Below, piece after piece: positions 1 through 13,325 of a DNA stretch of 64,000 nucleotides. The stretch is taken from the NCBI GenBank assembly GCA_012295275.1, contig CM022665.1, positions 45,756,001-45,820,000 on the forward strand. Direction: 5' to 3'. Under the pieces are notes generated by a model, which was not told where the DNA came from, searched no databases, and saw only the letters and a list, made by a program, of their open reading frames with translations. This DNA is from Chrysomallon squamiferum (lineage: Eukaryota; Animalia; Mollusca). Numbering within the stretch: position 1 is the first letter of the stretch; every line of letters begins with the position of its first letter. Made by a program: the position numbers and the translations under genes.

Positions 1-73
1 ACAGTGTAAGAGTTTTATATGTTAAAAAGCAGCAACCTCGCCGCGCGATTATATAAAAAAAGGGCACATTCTG

Positions 74-251
74 CACACAGACACACACACAGACACACAG
101 ACACAGACACACACAGACACACACACACACACAGACACAGACACACACACAGACACAGACACACACACACACATACACACACACAGAGACAGACACACAG
201 ACAGACACACACAAACACACACACAGACACACACACACAGACAGACACACA
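74..251. repeat. (CA)n/(CAGACA)n microsatellite
   Basis: Direct inspection. Confidence 0.95.
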
Positions 252-948
252 ACATGAACAAACAGAGTGATTATTTTCCATTCTCTCTGTAACGACTCCC
301 GACAGATTTACTGCCTCATAATGGAGGACACAAAAGCGAGGCTAAGAAGAACTGCGTGTCTGAAACTCGCTATAAAAGGGCAGACAATTGCATTCTCAGA
401 TGGGCCCTGTCGTCCTGTGGGGAAAGCTGGCAAAACCATCTTTGCTCTGATCGTAGACTTCAGTTTCCAACTAGTAGACAAAAAGATGTAATATTAGCAC
501 GACCTAGCCATTGTACAAGACTTTGCAAAACTCTAGGCACGCCTAACTAGCATTCTTATGTCCCTTTTATATGTATTACAACTCTTCAAAAGCCCGTGTT
601 TTCACCGAAGAACAGTTATATGACCATAACCCGATCTGCTGCAGTGTTTCGCGTTTCGTCCTTCAATTTTCTCTGTGAAATAAAAGCGCCGTAAAAAGGT
701 TTTTACTCGTTAGACCTCGGACCTCTGTTATTGCCTCCATATAGTCTAACAGTTCTTTGTTTAATCACCGTAGAGACTTCAGCTTTACTTTGATCTTTCT
801 GGCAATTAATTTTTTTCTAACTCTGAAATGCAATACATTGTTAAAATTCTAACATGTGTGTGTGGCGTGCACAGTTGCAACTGAGAAGAGTTTAATTAGT
901 CCAGTTCGAAAAGAGAGGAAAATATTTTTACTTTGATATTCTCGATAC

Positions 949-1002
<54 letters not shown>

Positions 1003-1857
1003 TTAATTTGTGTAGTGTGACGTCATGTGATTAAGGATCACGCATATAATGAGAGAATAAGCCTGCTTGTGAAATGCGACTGCGATCTGTTTCCTTGGTA
1101 ACCAGTATCAGATATTTTTATAGATAGGAAAGACAACCCTCAACTTTTGATAAACCAGAATCAGATTATTAGCGAGGACGAAAAAGTCCAACGAGCATAA
1201 AATTAAATATCCACTTGTAAATGATTTCCGCCATCAAACCTTAGCAACAAAACAGTTATGACGTAAAGAGGGTACTAGGCTTTGAATAAAATAAAATAAA
1301 AAAATGACGTCATGATATTATTATTCATCAGGAAGACAGAAAATGCCATAACTACCGACAATAAACAATTCTATGACGTAATGACCGCTCGCAAGAAAGA
1401 AACGACGCGGAGTGACGTCACTATCGACATTCCGAGTACTAACCGAGGAATGTTATTAATGACGTTACCGTCACCTTGGTATTATTACCATTGCCATGGT
1501 TAATTTAATTATTGCGCGCTATTCGAAAATTTCAACGTGGTAAATATAATCAGTTCTCGGGAATGCAGAACGCCGCACGCTCTGAGCTCGTTGATTGTTT
1601 TAGTTTTCGACGCGAGCGGCTCCGATGAAGCGGAATTTGTGGAATAACCAGTCCGCGGTCTACGCAAACACACGTCGCAGTTTTGTTTGTTTTTCTAGAC
1701 CGCGACGTGAAATTAACCAGCGCAATAAACACGTCACGAAAGTCAATGTTGAGTGTGTTAAGTACACAAATAATAACGGAGCAGTTTTTTAAAAAAAAAA
1801 CTCATTTTTTTTTCTCGTCTATTCTTTTTTATTGCTTTGTAATATTAATAATAATAA

Positions 1858-1888
<31 letters not shown>

Positions 1889-2040
1889 AAGAAGAAGAAA
1901 GAAGAAGAAGAAGACACATAAAAATAAAACGGTTTAATATTTCGCACATATACTCACACAAACATATACAAATAAATACCAACATATTTATAAATACATA
2001 CACATATACGCAAACATGTATAAATTTACTACACATTTAC

Positions 2041-2134
<94 letters not shown>

Positions 2135-2576
2135 GTATATATATATACACAGACAGTAAAACAAAACAAAACAAAAACAAAAACCAAAAAAACAAAAAAC
2201 AAAAAAAACAAAAACAAAAACAAAAACACATCAGAAGAAGAAGAAAAAAAATAACCCCAAAAACCAAAAGAAGAAAAAAAAAAAAAAAAGAAGAAGAAGA
2301 AAAAGAAGGAAAACAAAAAATACACAAAGAAAGAAAAAAAAAACCTCAGAAATGATGTGGTCAGATTAGCGAGTAAGAACTGGGCTGCGGGTGTGAAAGT
2401 GAGATGTATGAGCCGTCGCGTACTATTAAACAGCGTCGGCTTATATCGTTAGCATCGCGTATCCGACGGCGTTCTCCGGGTTTCATCGAGCGCTATAAAT
2501 TAGCGAAATAAATTTGTCACGAACCGTAAGAACTGCACGCTTCGCTGCACATTCGATGTTATCTCAATACGGCGTT

Positions 2577-2593
2577 TAGCGCCCCCTGGCGGC
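2577..2593 (-). promoter_or_regulatory. CTCF binding motif
   Basis: Minus strand reads GCCGCCAGGGGGCGCTA, a near-perfect match to the canonical CTCF core (GCCACCAGGGGGCGCTA). Confidence 0.6.
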
Positions 2594-2662
2594 TCCACAA
2601 AGCATCTGTGGAAAACCGTTTTGCTTTATAAACCGTTTCTTAGTTGTTTTGCTTGATACCAG

Positions 2663-2704
<42 letters not shown>

Positions 2705-3205
2705 CAGAGCCGGAAATGGAAGTGCGCATGCTCATATTACAACTGGTATTGTGATGAATCTATTTTTGTATGATTGTTAGTGGGTTGTTGTTTTAGGATT
2801 GGTTTTTTTTTGACATTTTTATTTTTTTATTTTTTATAAATTATGAAAAATATAGTGTGTGCTTCAGTATGTATGTGTGTGTGTGTGTATACAAACATGC
2901 TTGCGTGTACATACTGATACACATCTGTACATGAAAGTGTGCACGTACACGTGTACAAAATCACAAGAAATCATATAATTATAGAAATTCAAAAATATTT
3001 CAAAAGATCTTTAAATATTTTATTTTTTTTTTATTATTTTTTTTAATTTCATCTTTCTTGTAATATAATACTACCATTTCTGTACATGATTCTTTTCATT
3101 TCATTTATTTCTTCGTTTTTAATAAAAAAAAATATATATTATTATTATTATTATTATTATTATTATGCAGATTTGTAGAAATATATAATACAAAGTCATT
3201 TGCGT

Positions 3206-3364
3206 GTATGTATGTATGTATGTATGTATGTATGTATGTATGTATGTATGTATGTATGTATGTATGTATGTATGTATGTATGTATGTATGTGTATGTATG
3301 TATGTATGTATGTATGTATGTATGTATGTATGTATGTGTGTGTGTATGTATGTATGTATGTATG

Positions 3365-3395
<31 letters not shown>

Positions 3396-3414
3396 TGTGT
3401 GTAAGTATGTATGT
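3206..3414. repeat. (TATG)n microsatellite
   Basis: Direct inspection. Confidence 0.95.
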
Positions 3415-4045
3415 AAGTTTAGTGCTGCATGATAATTTTAAAATATTTCCAATCTATTAATGAACAGCTTCACCTTAATACACTAAGATTTCAGTTTGAT
3501 ATCGTGATTTCAATTCCGTACGGACTGATATGAATTTAGTACGATCCGATTTTAAAACCCGTATTATATCCCAATTTCGATTCGGGGAACAGATAAAGAC
3601 ATTATTATTATTAAATCTGGCTCTCCCATTTGACAAGTTGCGCTTTCGACAGTTCATTTTGGAATGTGCTGCTGGTGTCACTTGAAACGAATAAGTAAAT
3701 ACTCTCTCTGATTAGATCTGTCAAATTGGATTGGCGCTCCTCTTCTAAACGAAGTTGTATGGGTGTTTTTTTTTTTTTTTTTTTTTTTGTTTTTTTTTCT
3801 GCAATTCCAGATGTTCTCCTGGCATGTCCAATATTAAATGCGGATTATCTAAATTACAAAAGTGAAAAAAAAAAAAAAAAAAAAAAAAAAAGGGTTAATA
3901 TATATGCTAGGTTTTACCACCTTACTGGAGATCCTATCAATTTTATCACTTTCACCTGATAACAACAACGAGATTTTCGTTTACTTCTTAATCGAGGTTG
4001 TTTTTTTTTTGAGGGGGGTTTGTTTGTTTTTTTATATTTATTTCT

Positions 4046-4083
<38 letters not shown>

Positions 4084-4111
4084 TGTTCTGAAGGGAAATT
4101 AAGATAGTGGT

Positions 4112-4142
<31 letters not shown>

Positions 4143-5447
4143 TTTGTTTATTTATTTGTTTATTTGTTTATTTGTTTATTAGTTTATTTATTTATTTATT
4201 TGTTTGTTTATTTGTTGTTTGTTTTATTATTTGTATTTACTGGGTTTTTCTTAAATTTTATTTACATGTATTTTTGATTGTTTATTAAAAATGAGTTAAT
4301 TACTTTATTCTTCAATTTAAAATTGACACTAAAGAAAGATTTGGAAAAAAAATTGATGTCAAAAAGAGGCTAGATATTTCTGTGTTTTTAATTATTATTA
4401 CTGTTGTCGTTGTTGTTGTTGTTGCTGCTGGTGGTGCTGTTTCACTGAATTAAAAATAGTAATTTTCTAAATTATTTATTTAGTCTATTTTATTTTCTTA
4501 TTTTTGTTCATCTTTTATTTTTATTTTATCTGTATGTTTGATTATTTGTTTCCTAAAAAAAAAAATTATGGATATCGATAAATAAAGATAATTTTAATTT
4601 TATTTGATTTATCTAGCATTAGTTTCAAAACGTCAGCACAAATTAATGAAAGATTTTTCGTCTGATTTCGTATATCTACGTCATCTTGCGTTACCATGGC
4701 AATATTTTTACGCTATTATATTTCATTCCAGGTGCTAAGTAAAAGAAAGAAAAATAAAATAAAATAAAGAAAATATATGTTACAAAAAAAGACCAGACAA
4801 GACAAAGAAAAAAATAGAAAATGTAAAAAACAAATAAATAAATAAAATAAAGTTAGACAAAAAGACGAAAATGAAAAAACGAGAAATATTAAAGATATTA
4901 AAGCATTTAATATATATCTATATCTATATCTATATATACATTTAAAAAAAAAAATTTTGGAAATCACACATAACAAGTTAAAACGGTTTTATATATATTT
5001 AAGTGAATTTAATGAAAAATATTTTAAAAAAAAGTAGTAAAATATATTAATAAAAGTGACGGATATATAAATATTGTGGAAATGAGGTACACCATAAACA
5101 GTTTGAATTAAAAATAAAATTTAATAAAATTTACTAGCATAATTATACATAGATACTGTTAATTCGCAGGAACTTGAAAAAGAATAATAATAAATGTTTT
5201 ACCTATTATACATACTGTATAATAATAACAATAATAATAATAATATTAACAATAATAAATACCACAACAAAATAATAACAACAATAATAAATACAACAAC
5301 AAAATAATAATAATAATAACAATAATAATAATAATAAATACAACAATAATAATAATGATGATGATGATGATAATAATAATTATAATAATATTAATAATAC
5401 AACAACAACAACAACAACAAAATAATAATAATCATAATAATAATAAC

Positions 5448-5494
<47 letters not shown>

Positions 5495-6405
5495 TAATAA
5501 GTAATATCTGTCTTTTTGTGTGTATATATATATGTGTGTGTGTGTGTTTGTGTGTCTATATGTATATATATATGTGTGTGTATATATATATATAATTTAA
5601 AAAAAACTATATATATATATATATATATATATACAAAAAAAAAGAAGCCAGTAAAAGAAATATGTGGCCCAATGCTACAGAGCGAAGCGATAAAGAACTA
5701 CACTGGAATAAAAGCCTGGAAAAATAATTTGTGTTGATTGATAACCTGTTTGTAGTTTTTAGCGCGAGTGATATAATGTGGGCAGGTGCGTTTGATATTG
5801 AACGCAACGAACGAAGCTTGTGCGCGCGCGCGCGCCCGCTCAACAACAGCGCGGGGCCCCGGGATTGGACTCGTTTTGGAATTTCACGTCTCATCGACAG
5901 CGTCTTCCACTGAAAGCTGCTCGCTTGGAGAAGCAGCCGACGCGATATTCCCAGCGAGAAACACTTTGAACTTGTCACAGCGCCGTGAAATTGTTCCTGG
6001 CAGGGTGTGTGCTTTTAAATGTGCGTTTTGACTGGCTTATTTTATAATTATTACGGTATAAAATCCATGATTTCCCTCCTCTCTCCTTTTTTTCTTCTTC
6101 TTCTTTTTTTTTTTATTTTTTATTTTTTAATTTTTTAATTTTTTAATTTTATGACGTTGAAAACGAAAATGTGAAATTTTAATTAGAAAAGCAGGAAAAG
6201 TTGGAGTTGTGATAATAAAATTAAAAGAAATTTTCTTGGAAAAAAAAAAAAAAGAAAGTTAAAACGTTTATTTTCAGTTCTGTGTTTTGTGTTTGATGTA
6301 ATTTTAATTATTAAAATTTTAGTGGTTGAGGGATAAACTTAAAATGAAACGCCTCTGGTGATCATAAATTATATCGAGATGTATATTAAAATGCTAAGCT
6401 CTGCT

Positions 6406-6586
6406 ATGCGATACGATCCGATACGATACAATACGATACGATACGATACGATACGATACGATACGATACGATACGATACGATGTGATACGATCCGATACG
6501 ATACTATATGATACGATACGATACGATGTGATACGATACGATACGATGTGATACGATACGATACGATGTGATACGGTACGATACGA
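6406..6586. repeat. (GATAC)n pentanucleotide microsatellite
   Basis: ACGAT/GATAC repeats with GATGT and GATCC variants. Confidence 0.95.
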
Positions 6587-7073
6587 TTCAGTATTGTACT
6601 GTATAATAATAAACAGAAATTCTCTGTATATATTATTATGTTATTAAGAATTTCTTAACAGCTTTCATTTTTGTTTCTGTGTTTATTATTATGTTCAAAA
6701 TATTATTATTTTTATTGTTGTTGTTGTTGTTGTTGTTGTTATTTATTTTTTATTGTTATTAGTGTTATTTTTATTGCTATTATTATTGTTATTGTTATTG
6801 TTATTATTGTTGTTGTTGTTGTTGGCGTAGGTGGTAGTCTTTTGTTGTTATTAGTTTTGTTGATGATCATTATGTCATAATGTATCATAATAAAACCTTT
6901 TAAACATACGTTAAACAATGATTTATTTATTTATTTATTTTTCAATCACTACCACAATTTAAACTCTAATTATGACGTCATCCCTTTTACTACGTACGAT
7001 ATGACTTATATGACACTACTGTTTAGTTTAATTAACATACATCTGAGCATATATAAACAATTACAGCCCATTT

Positions 7074-7106
<33 letters not shown>

Positions 7107-8198
7107 TTTGTGTTTCTTTGTTCGCTTGCTTCCTTGCAATCAGTTAAGTTATTTTATTATTCTTAATTTTGGTAAGTATGTATTTCTTATTTTTTAATAT
7201 ATTTAATCTAATCAGTTTACAAAATCTGTCTAAGTTATAAAAACAGTTTTTGTGTGTTTTTTTTTATAATCGCTTATATATATATGGATAGACAGATAGA
7301 TAGCAGATAAAAAGATAGATAGATAGGCATATATTCAGATAGACACAGATAGACAGACAGACAGATGCAGACAGATAGACAGACAGACAGACAGACAGAC
7401 AAATAATAGTATTAAAAATGGGATTTTGATTATACTTTACCACTTGTTTTGTTTTTCCTTTATCGTTTTTTTTTCTTATGTTCTTTGTCTTATAATTTTT
7501 CTTTTTTTTTTTTTTTTACTTATTCATTCATTCTTCCTTCCTTTCTTCCTTTGTTTTTCCTTCTTCTCATTCATTAATCTTTTTCTCTCCTTCTTTCTTT
7601 CTTTCTTTCTTTATCTCTCTTTTATACATTCCTATCCCTTCGCATTTTTTGTTTCCTTTTTTTTCTCTTTTTTCTTTTTATTTCTTTTTTTTTTTTTTTT
7701 TTTTTTTTTCTTTACCCCAGTATTCTCTCAGACATTTTCAAAACAAATGACATAACTCTAAAACTAAGACGGATGTGTCACAGATCTACAAAACAGACTC
7801 TTTAACTTTCCGCTATCGTATTTTCCTTCTTAATGATTTTTGCCGTACGCCATCGACAAAACAAATAAACTTCACGTCAACACGCGTTAATATCAGTCTA
7901 CGATCGGTTGCCGTGCAGCAGATCTCTTTCCAGAGGCGATAATGTTAGCTCCTTCACGAGCAACAGTTAATAATTATGTAATCGTAATAAATGCAAATGC
8001 ACTTGTGAGTTCTCATTCAAAAGTTTGAAAACCTTCTGGTACGACATCGAAAATATAGTAATAGAAGAGTAGTTGTAGTTGTAGTTGTAGCAGTAGTGGT
8101 TGTAGTTGCAGAAGTAGTAGTTGTAGTAGTAATAATATAATTTATAATGTTAGTAGTAGTAAGAATAATAGAAGTAATGTAGTAATAGTAATTAGTAC

Positions 8199-8255
<57 letters not shown>

Positions 8256-9001
8256 CAGTAGTAGTAGTGGTATAAGTAGTGCTTAGTAGTAACATCAGCA
8301 ACGTCAGCAACAGCAGCACTAGGTATCGTTTAACCGAAACATTTATTACAGCATTATTATATTACACAAAACAGCATTTAAATAACATTCACAAAGATTA
8401 ACAACAAAAAAAAAAAAAAAAAATTGCATTTCGAATTAGTTACGGGAAAGCACGAAAGGCCACAATGAACTCTGACCTCTAAAGTCGCGGTGATGCGCGG
8501 CGGCGAGGACGTGCGTGAAGCTATTCTCACATTCTCACGCGAGACATTCCGAGAGAGAGAGAGAGAGAGGTGGTGCTCCGCTGCTCCGTCCATGTGTTAT
8601 TAATTAAGTGTTGATTCGCGCGAGACAGGCCGCTGTTAACATGGAGCAATGGCGGCCATGCGGCACGACTAATTCCGCTAATTGGCACTGCGCGCGGTCT
8701 GATTAATGACGTCCAGTTAATTATAAGGTCCATTATAAAAATAATTGACCGTTTAACACAATAGGTGTCAGGACGCGAACGTGTCCGCGGACGGACGACA
8801 GAAACGAGCAGACATCGTCTGCTTTCCCCGTCTGCTTTCCCGACAGTCGACTGGTTGCTGTGTTTGTTCATTCTGCTTCTGTTTTTTTTTTTTTTTTTTT
8901 TTTTTTTTTGATTGGACTAAAGTCTTGGAGGCACTGGGATCAATCCTGGTTCTGGTTTCGGTTTTTTTTTTTTATTTATCTTTTTTTTTTTTAATTTCAC
9001 T

Positions 9002-9200
9002 TATCGATAATAATAACATCTACTACAGTTATTATTACTACTACTACTACTTCTACTACTACTGCTACTATTACTACTACTATCGATAATAATAACATCC
9101 ACTACAATTATTATTACTACTACTACTACTTCTACTACTACTGCTACTGCTACTATTATACTACTACTATCGATAATATTAACATCCACTACTACTACTA
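9002..9200. repeat. Higher-order duplication (~80-87 bp) of a (CTA)n-derived unit
   Basis: TATCGATAATA.TAACATC.ACTAC recurs at ~9002, ~9081 and ~9168. Confidence 0.75.
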
Positions 9201-9562
9201 TTACTACTACTACTACTACTATTACTACTACTACTACTACTATTATTACTACTACTACTACTACTACTTCTACTGCTACTACTACTATTACTACTACTAC
9301 TACTTCTACTACTACTACCTACTGCTACAACTACTACTGCTACAACTACTATTACTACTACCGCTGCTGCTGTTGCTACTACTACTACGACTACGACTAG
9401 GACTAGGACTAATAAAAGCAATGGCAGTAACAACAACAAAACAAATTATAATAAGAATAAGAATAACAACAACAACAACAAAACAACAACAACAACAGCA
9501 ACAACAATAACAATAATAATAATAACATCAACAATAACAACAATATAAGTAATAACAATAAC

Positions 9563-9654
<92 letters not shown>

Positions 9655-9887
9655 CTTTTTCTTTGCCACAAAGAATTCAAATCACACATATTTGTCCAAA
9701 TGTTATTTGGCAATACTTCGAAAATGTTTTATACCTAATCTGAGAACAATATCGAAATCTTTCATCAAATTTCCGAAAGTGTCGACATTTTTCTTCACGT
9801 CGTGCTTATCAAAACGGCACATCACGAATAATCAAGATTTTTATCAAAGCAATCAGAGTGGAGTCTATAAATCTTCTTCAGGAATTT

Positions 9888-9924
<37 letters not shown>

Positions 9925-10934
9925 TGTTTACGTTACCTTGATAACGTATCATCTCGCTTCTAACCTTACATCCATCCCGTCATTCCTTGCGCCTCGCCGC
10001 TTGGCCTTCTGTCGAGCCTCGCGTTCGATTATGCCTCGCTTTTCGTATCGAAAGATGCAGATGTCGTATGCGACTTCAAAGCCAGTCGTCAAGTGAGAAT
10101 ATCGCCCTCGCTGATAAGTTTTTGAAGAGTAACGTCATGGAATTAATTATCACTTCACTGAGACACTTGAACATGCATAAACGTAGAGAAACTTTAAACA
10201 CACACAAGAACCACCTAATGTTACAAAGACGTAAATTATTTACTTTTAATTTTTTTTTTTTTTTTTTTTTTTAATTTCAGGTTCTGTTTCCGAGGAGAAA
10301 AATGGGGAAATGAAATTATGTAATGAAAAAGGCTTCAAAAGCTCGACCTGGCTGACCCCGTTTTTCACTCGGCTAAGAGCTTGGTTCACACATTCTGGTG
10401 CATATTTGAATTATGGTTGTTGTTTTAAAAAAAAAAAAAAAAAAAAAAATTTTTATTTCGTAGCAGAAAGTGTTTCAAGTTTAAAAATACTTATGCAGTA
10501 AATTGATGCGTTTTTTTTGGTGTGTGGAGGGATAAAAAAAAAAGATTTAAGAAAAAGTGTAGAATCGATTATATTTAATCATGATGAGCTTACAACGTAA
10601 CTGGTTAGATAAATAAACAAATCAATAAGAAAGTAAGTAAGTAAATGAATAATAATAATAAAACAAAATTATGAAGAGAAAGCATTTTGATCTTGAAAAA
10701 ATAAAAAAATAAAAGAAACGCAAATAACACATAAAACTCCCAAAATAACGATAGTAACAATAATATATATATATATATATATAATTTTGAAAATGACGAC
10801 CATGAAAAAAGTCAACAATTACAAAAATAAATAAATAACAACTACAACCATATAATGATGATGACAAGAAGAAAACGAAGAATAAAGAAATAGAGGAAGC
10901 ATTTTAAAAGGACAACAAAGAGAAAAAAAAAACT

Positions 10935-10980
<46 letters not shown>

Positions 10981-11339
10981 GAGAGCGAAGACAATTAAGA
11001 AACCAAAATGAAACAAGGAGAAAAAAATAAATAAATAGAAGAACACAAAAAAAAAAAAAAAAAAAAAAAAATTGAAAATAATAAAAGGAAAAGGAAACTA
11101 AAGAAAACAAGAAGGCGAGAAAACAAAAAGAAATTCTATCAACAAATTAACATATCACGTAAACAAACTGACTCGTCAAACAAAACAAAAAAAACAAAAA
11201 AAAATTTAAAAACCAGAAGCTTTCATGTTCACGTTCAAATCGTATTCTAATTATCCCTAATTAATGAATATACGCAAACGGGATGCTTTTCAGAATTTCC
11301 TACGCTATCTTTGACAACGCGTAATGAATCGGAGATTAA

Positions 11340-11780
11340 AACGCTTATAAATAGACGCCATTAAATTAACCCACATAGAATCAAACGAAACTGAAAACCA
11401 CTGGGTATTTTCAGACTGGTAATGGGGAAAGAGTTTGGGCTCGGTCTGTCTGACCACACCGGACGGGAGAGGAAAACGGAGTAGGTTTGAGTTAATTCCT
11501 CCGCTGAAACGCGCTATTATAAGGGAGTTATTTGTGCTATCGTTTGACTTCGCGTAACGCGACATCTGGTACCGGTTTATGTAGCGCACGCCCACAGTTT
11601 CGTATCTTCAGTCGAAATCTACACCCCTCCTAGTACCGGAGAACCTGTCAGTCAAACCGTCTCTGCCATCTGATTGGCTGTTTAAATGGTTTTTTTTTTT
11701 TTTTTTTTTGCTACTCGCAGAGGAAAGAATGTTTGGTTTGAGAAACGTTTCGGTTCGGAGTACTTAACTTCAGTTACAAT
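11340..11780 (+). promoter_or_regulatory. Putative MyoD proximal promoter
   Basis: CpG-rich unique sequence upstream of the ATG. MEF2-type TTATAAATAG 11345-11354, Pbx/Meis-type CTGTCAGTCA 11645-11654, E-box CATCTG 11667-11672 abutting an inverted CCAAT (ATTGG 11673-11677), Inr-like TCAGTT 11770-11775. Confidence 0.5.
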
Positions 11781-12165
11781 GAAGAAATTCTCAGCGACTG
11801 CTCTGCGAAGAGAACTCTTGGATTAATACGCAAGACTCGATATTCCAGTGTGTTTGTTTGTTATCTGTGTTGTTGTCGGTTCTAACAAAACGGTTTTTTG
11901 GGGATATTTAAACAGTGCGATGTCATAAAGTGTTGTTTTGAAAACACCGCTAGGTAGCTGTTAATTGACTTATCCAACTTGGCAATGTGTGAGCCACTTC
12001 CTAGTCGTATCACTTGTCAAATCGCAAAAACATAACTGGTTTTATTTTTTTATTTTTTTTTTTATTTTATTTTTATTTTTTTCTTGTGGGTATGATGTGA
12101 AGAAGAAAAGAAAAAAGAAAAATAATAATATTAATAGAGAAAGAAAAAAAGAAAGAAAGCCTAGC

Positions 12166-12196
<31 letters not shown>

Positions 12197-12341
12197 AGCA
12201 GTTCATTGTAAAAATTCTTGAAATCACTTTCCACTTTTCAAACTGCTTGATTAGCCGAGGTTCGCGATACAAACGTGGGGAGCGTTGACAGGTTTGTGAC
12301 TGCAAGGACAAAGCGAGCCGTTCACACAGAAGCCGACCAAC

Positions 12342-13325
12342 ATGATGATGATGGCAGATTACCGAAGCTGCCGCTACGAGCACAACCCGCCCGTCTTCAC
12401 CCCGACCTCGTTCCCGACTCCCGACATGTCGGACGCCAGACAGATCATGGACATATCGTACTCCCACCCCCCGGGAGGCCAAGATTACTTCGGGCCCCCG
12501 GGCGGGACTTATCACCGGCCGTTCCACCGGCAGTACGCGGACGTGTATCCGTACCACGCCAACGGCGGCATTCACCAGCATTTCTTCGGCTCCGGTTCGG
12601 AGTCCCAGGCTGCGGTCGACTTTCGTCCCAGGCACCCGACCCCGCTCATGAAGGACAAGGTTCCTCAAGGAGGTGGCAGCAAGGAGGACATGACAGGAGG
12701 AGCGGACGAAAACGGAGAGACTCCTTCGTGCGTTGCTGCTGCTTCTGCTGCTGCTTCTTCGAAAGGGGGACAGGTTTGTGTAGGAGCAGGAGGAGGTGGA
12801 GGAGTAGGAGGTGCAGGAGGAGGAGGAATGAAAAACGGTCCTCACTGCGTCTCCAGCAGCAAAGACGACAACAGCATCGACTGCGCGGACGCGAAGCACG
12901 GGTCGAGCCCGTGCAGCCCGTGCAAGGACGACTCCGAGTGCAAGAGCGACGACGACCTGTCGACGGACGACAACGACGAGCACATCCCGCACGTGCTGGC
13001 GCCCGGCTACCACGGGCCGAACCGCCGGTGCCTGCTGTGGGCGTGCAAGGCGTGCAAGCGCAAGACGGTGACGATCGACCGGCGCAAGGCGGCCACGATG
13101 CGGGAGCGGCGGCGGCTGAGGAAGGTGAACGAGGCGTTCGAGACGCTGAAGCGGCGCACGTGCCCCAACCCGAACCAGCGCCTGCCCAAAGTGGAGATCC
13201 TCCGCAACGCCATCGAGTACATCGAGAGTCTGGAGGAGCTGCTGCACGGCAGCCGCGTCGCCAGGAACAGCAACGACGACGCCTGCAACGACGCCGGCTC
13301 CTCCAGCAGCGGCTCGGACTACATG
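12342..13325 (+). CDS. myoD: MyoD-family myogenic regulatory factor, coding exon 1 (N-terminal region, His/Cys domain, bHLH)
   Basis: Start context CAAC-ATGATGATGATGG. Encodes [29 protein letters not shown] (MRF His/Cys domain) and [56 protein letters not shown] (bHLH with the myogenic Ala-Thr and junction Lys). Strongly GC3-biased. Ends at the consensus donor ATG|GTAAGT, phase 0 (984 nt). Confidence 0.98.

Noticed and set aside
2664-2745. Exon after poly-T + CAG at 2707
   Set aside because: No convincing donor, reading frame or partner exon; T runs are ubiquitous here.
11954-12291. 5' UTR intron of MyoD (TAG|GTAGCT ... TTGACAG|)
   Set aside because: Weak donor and no polypyrimidine tract; cannot be supported without transcript data.
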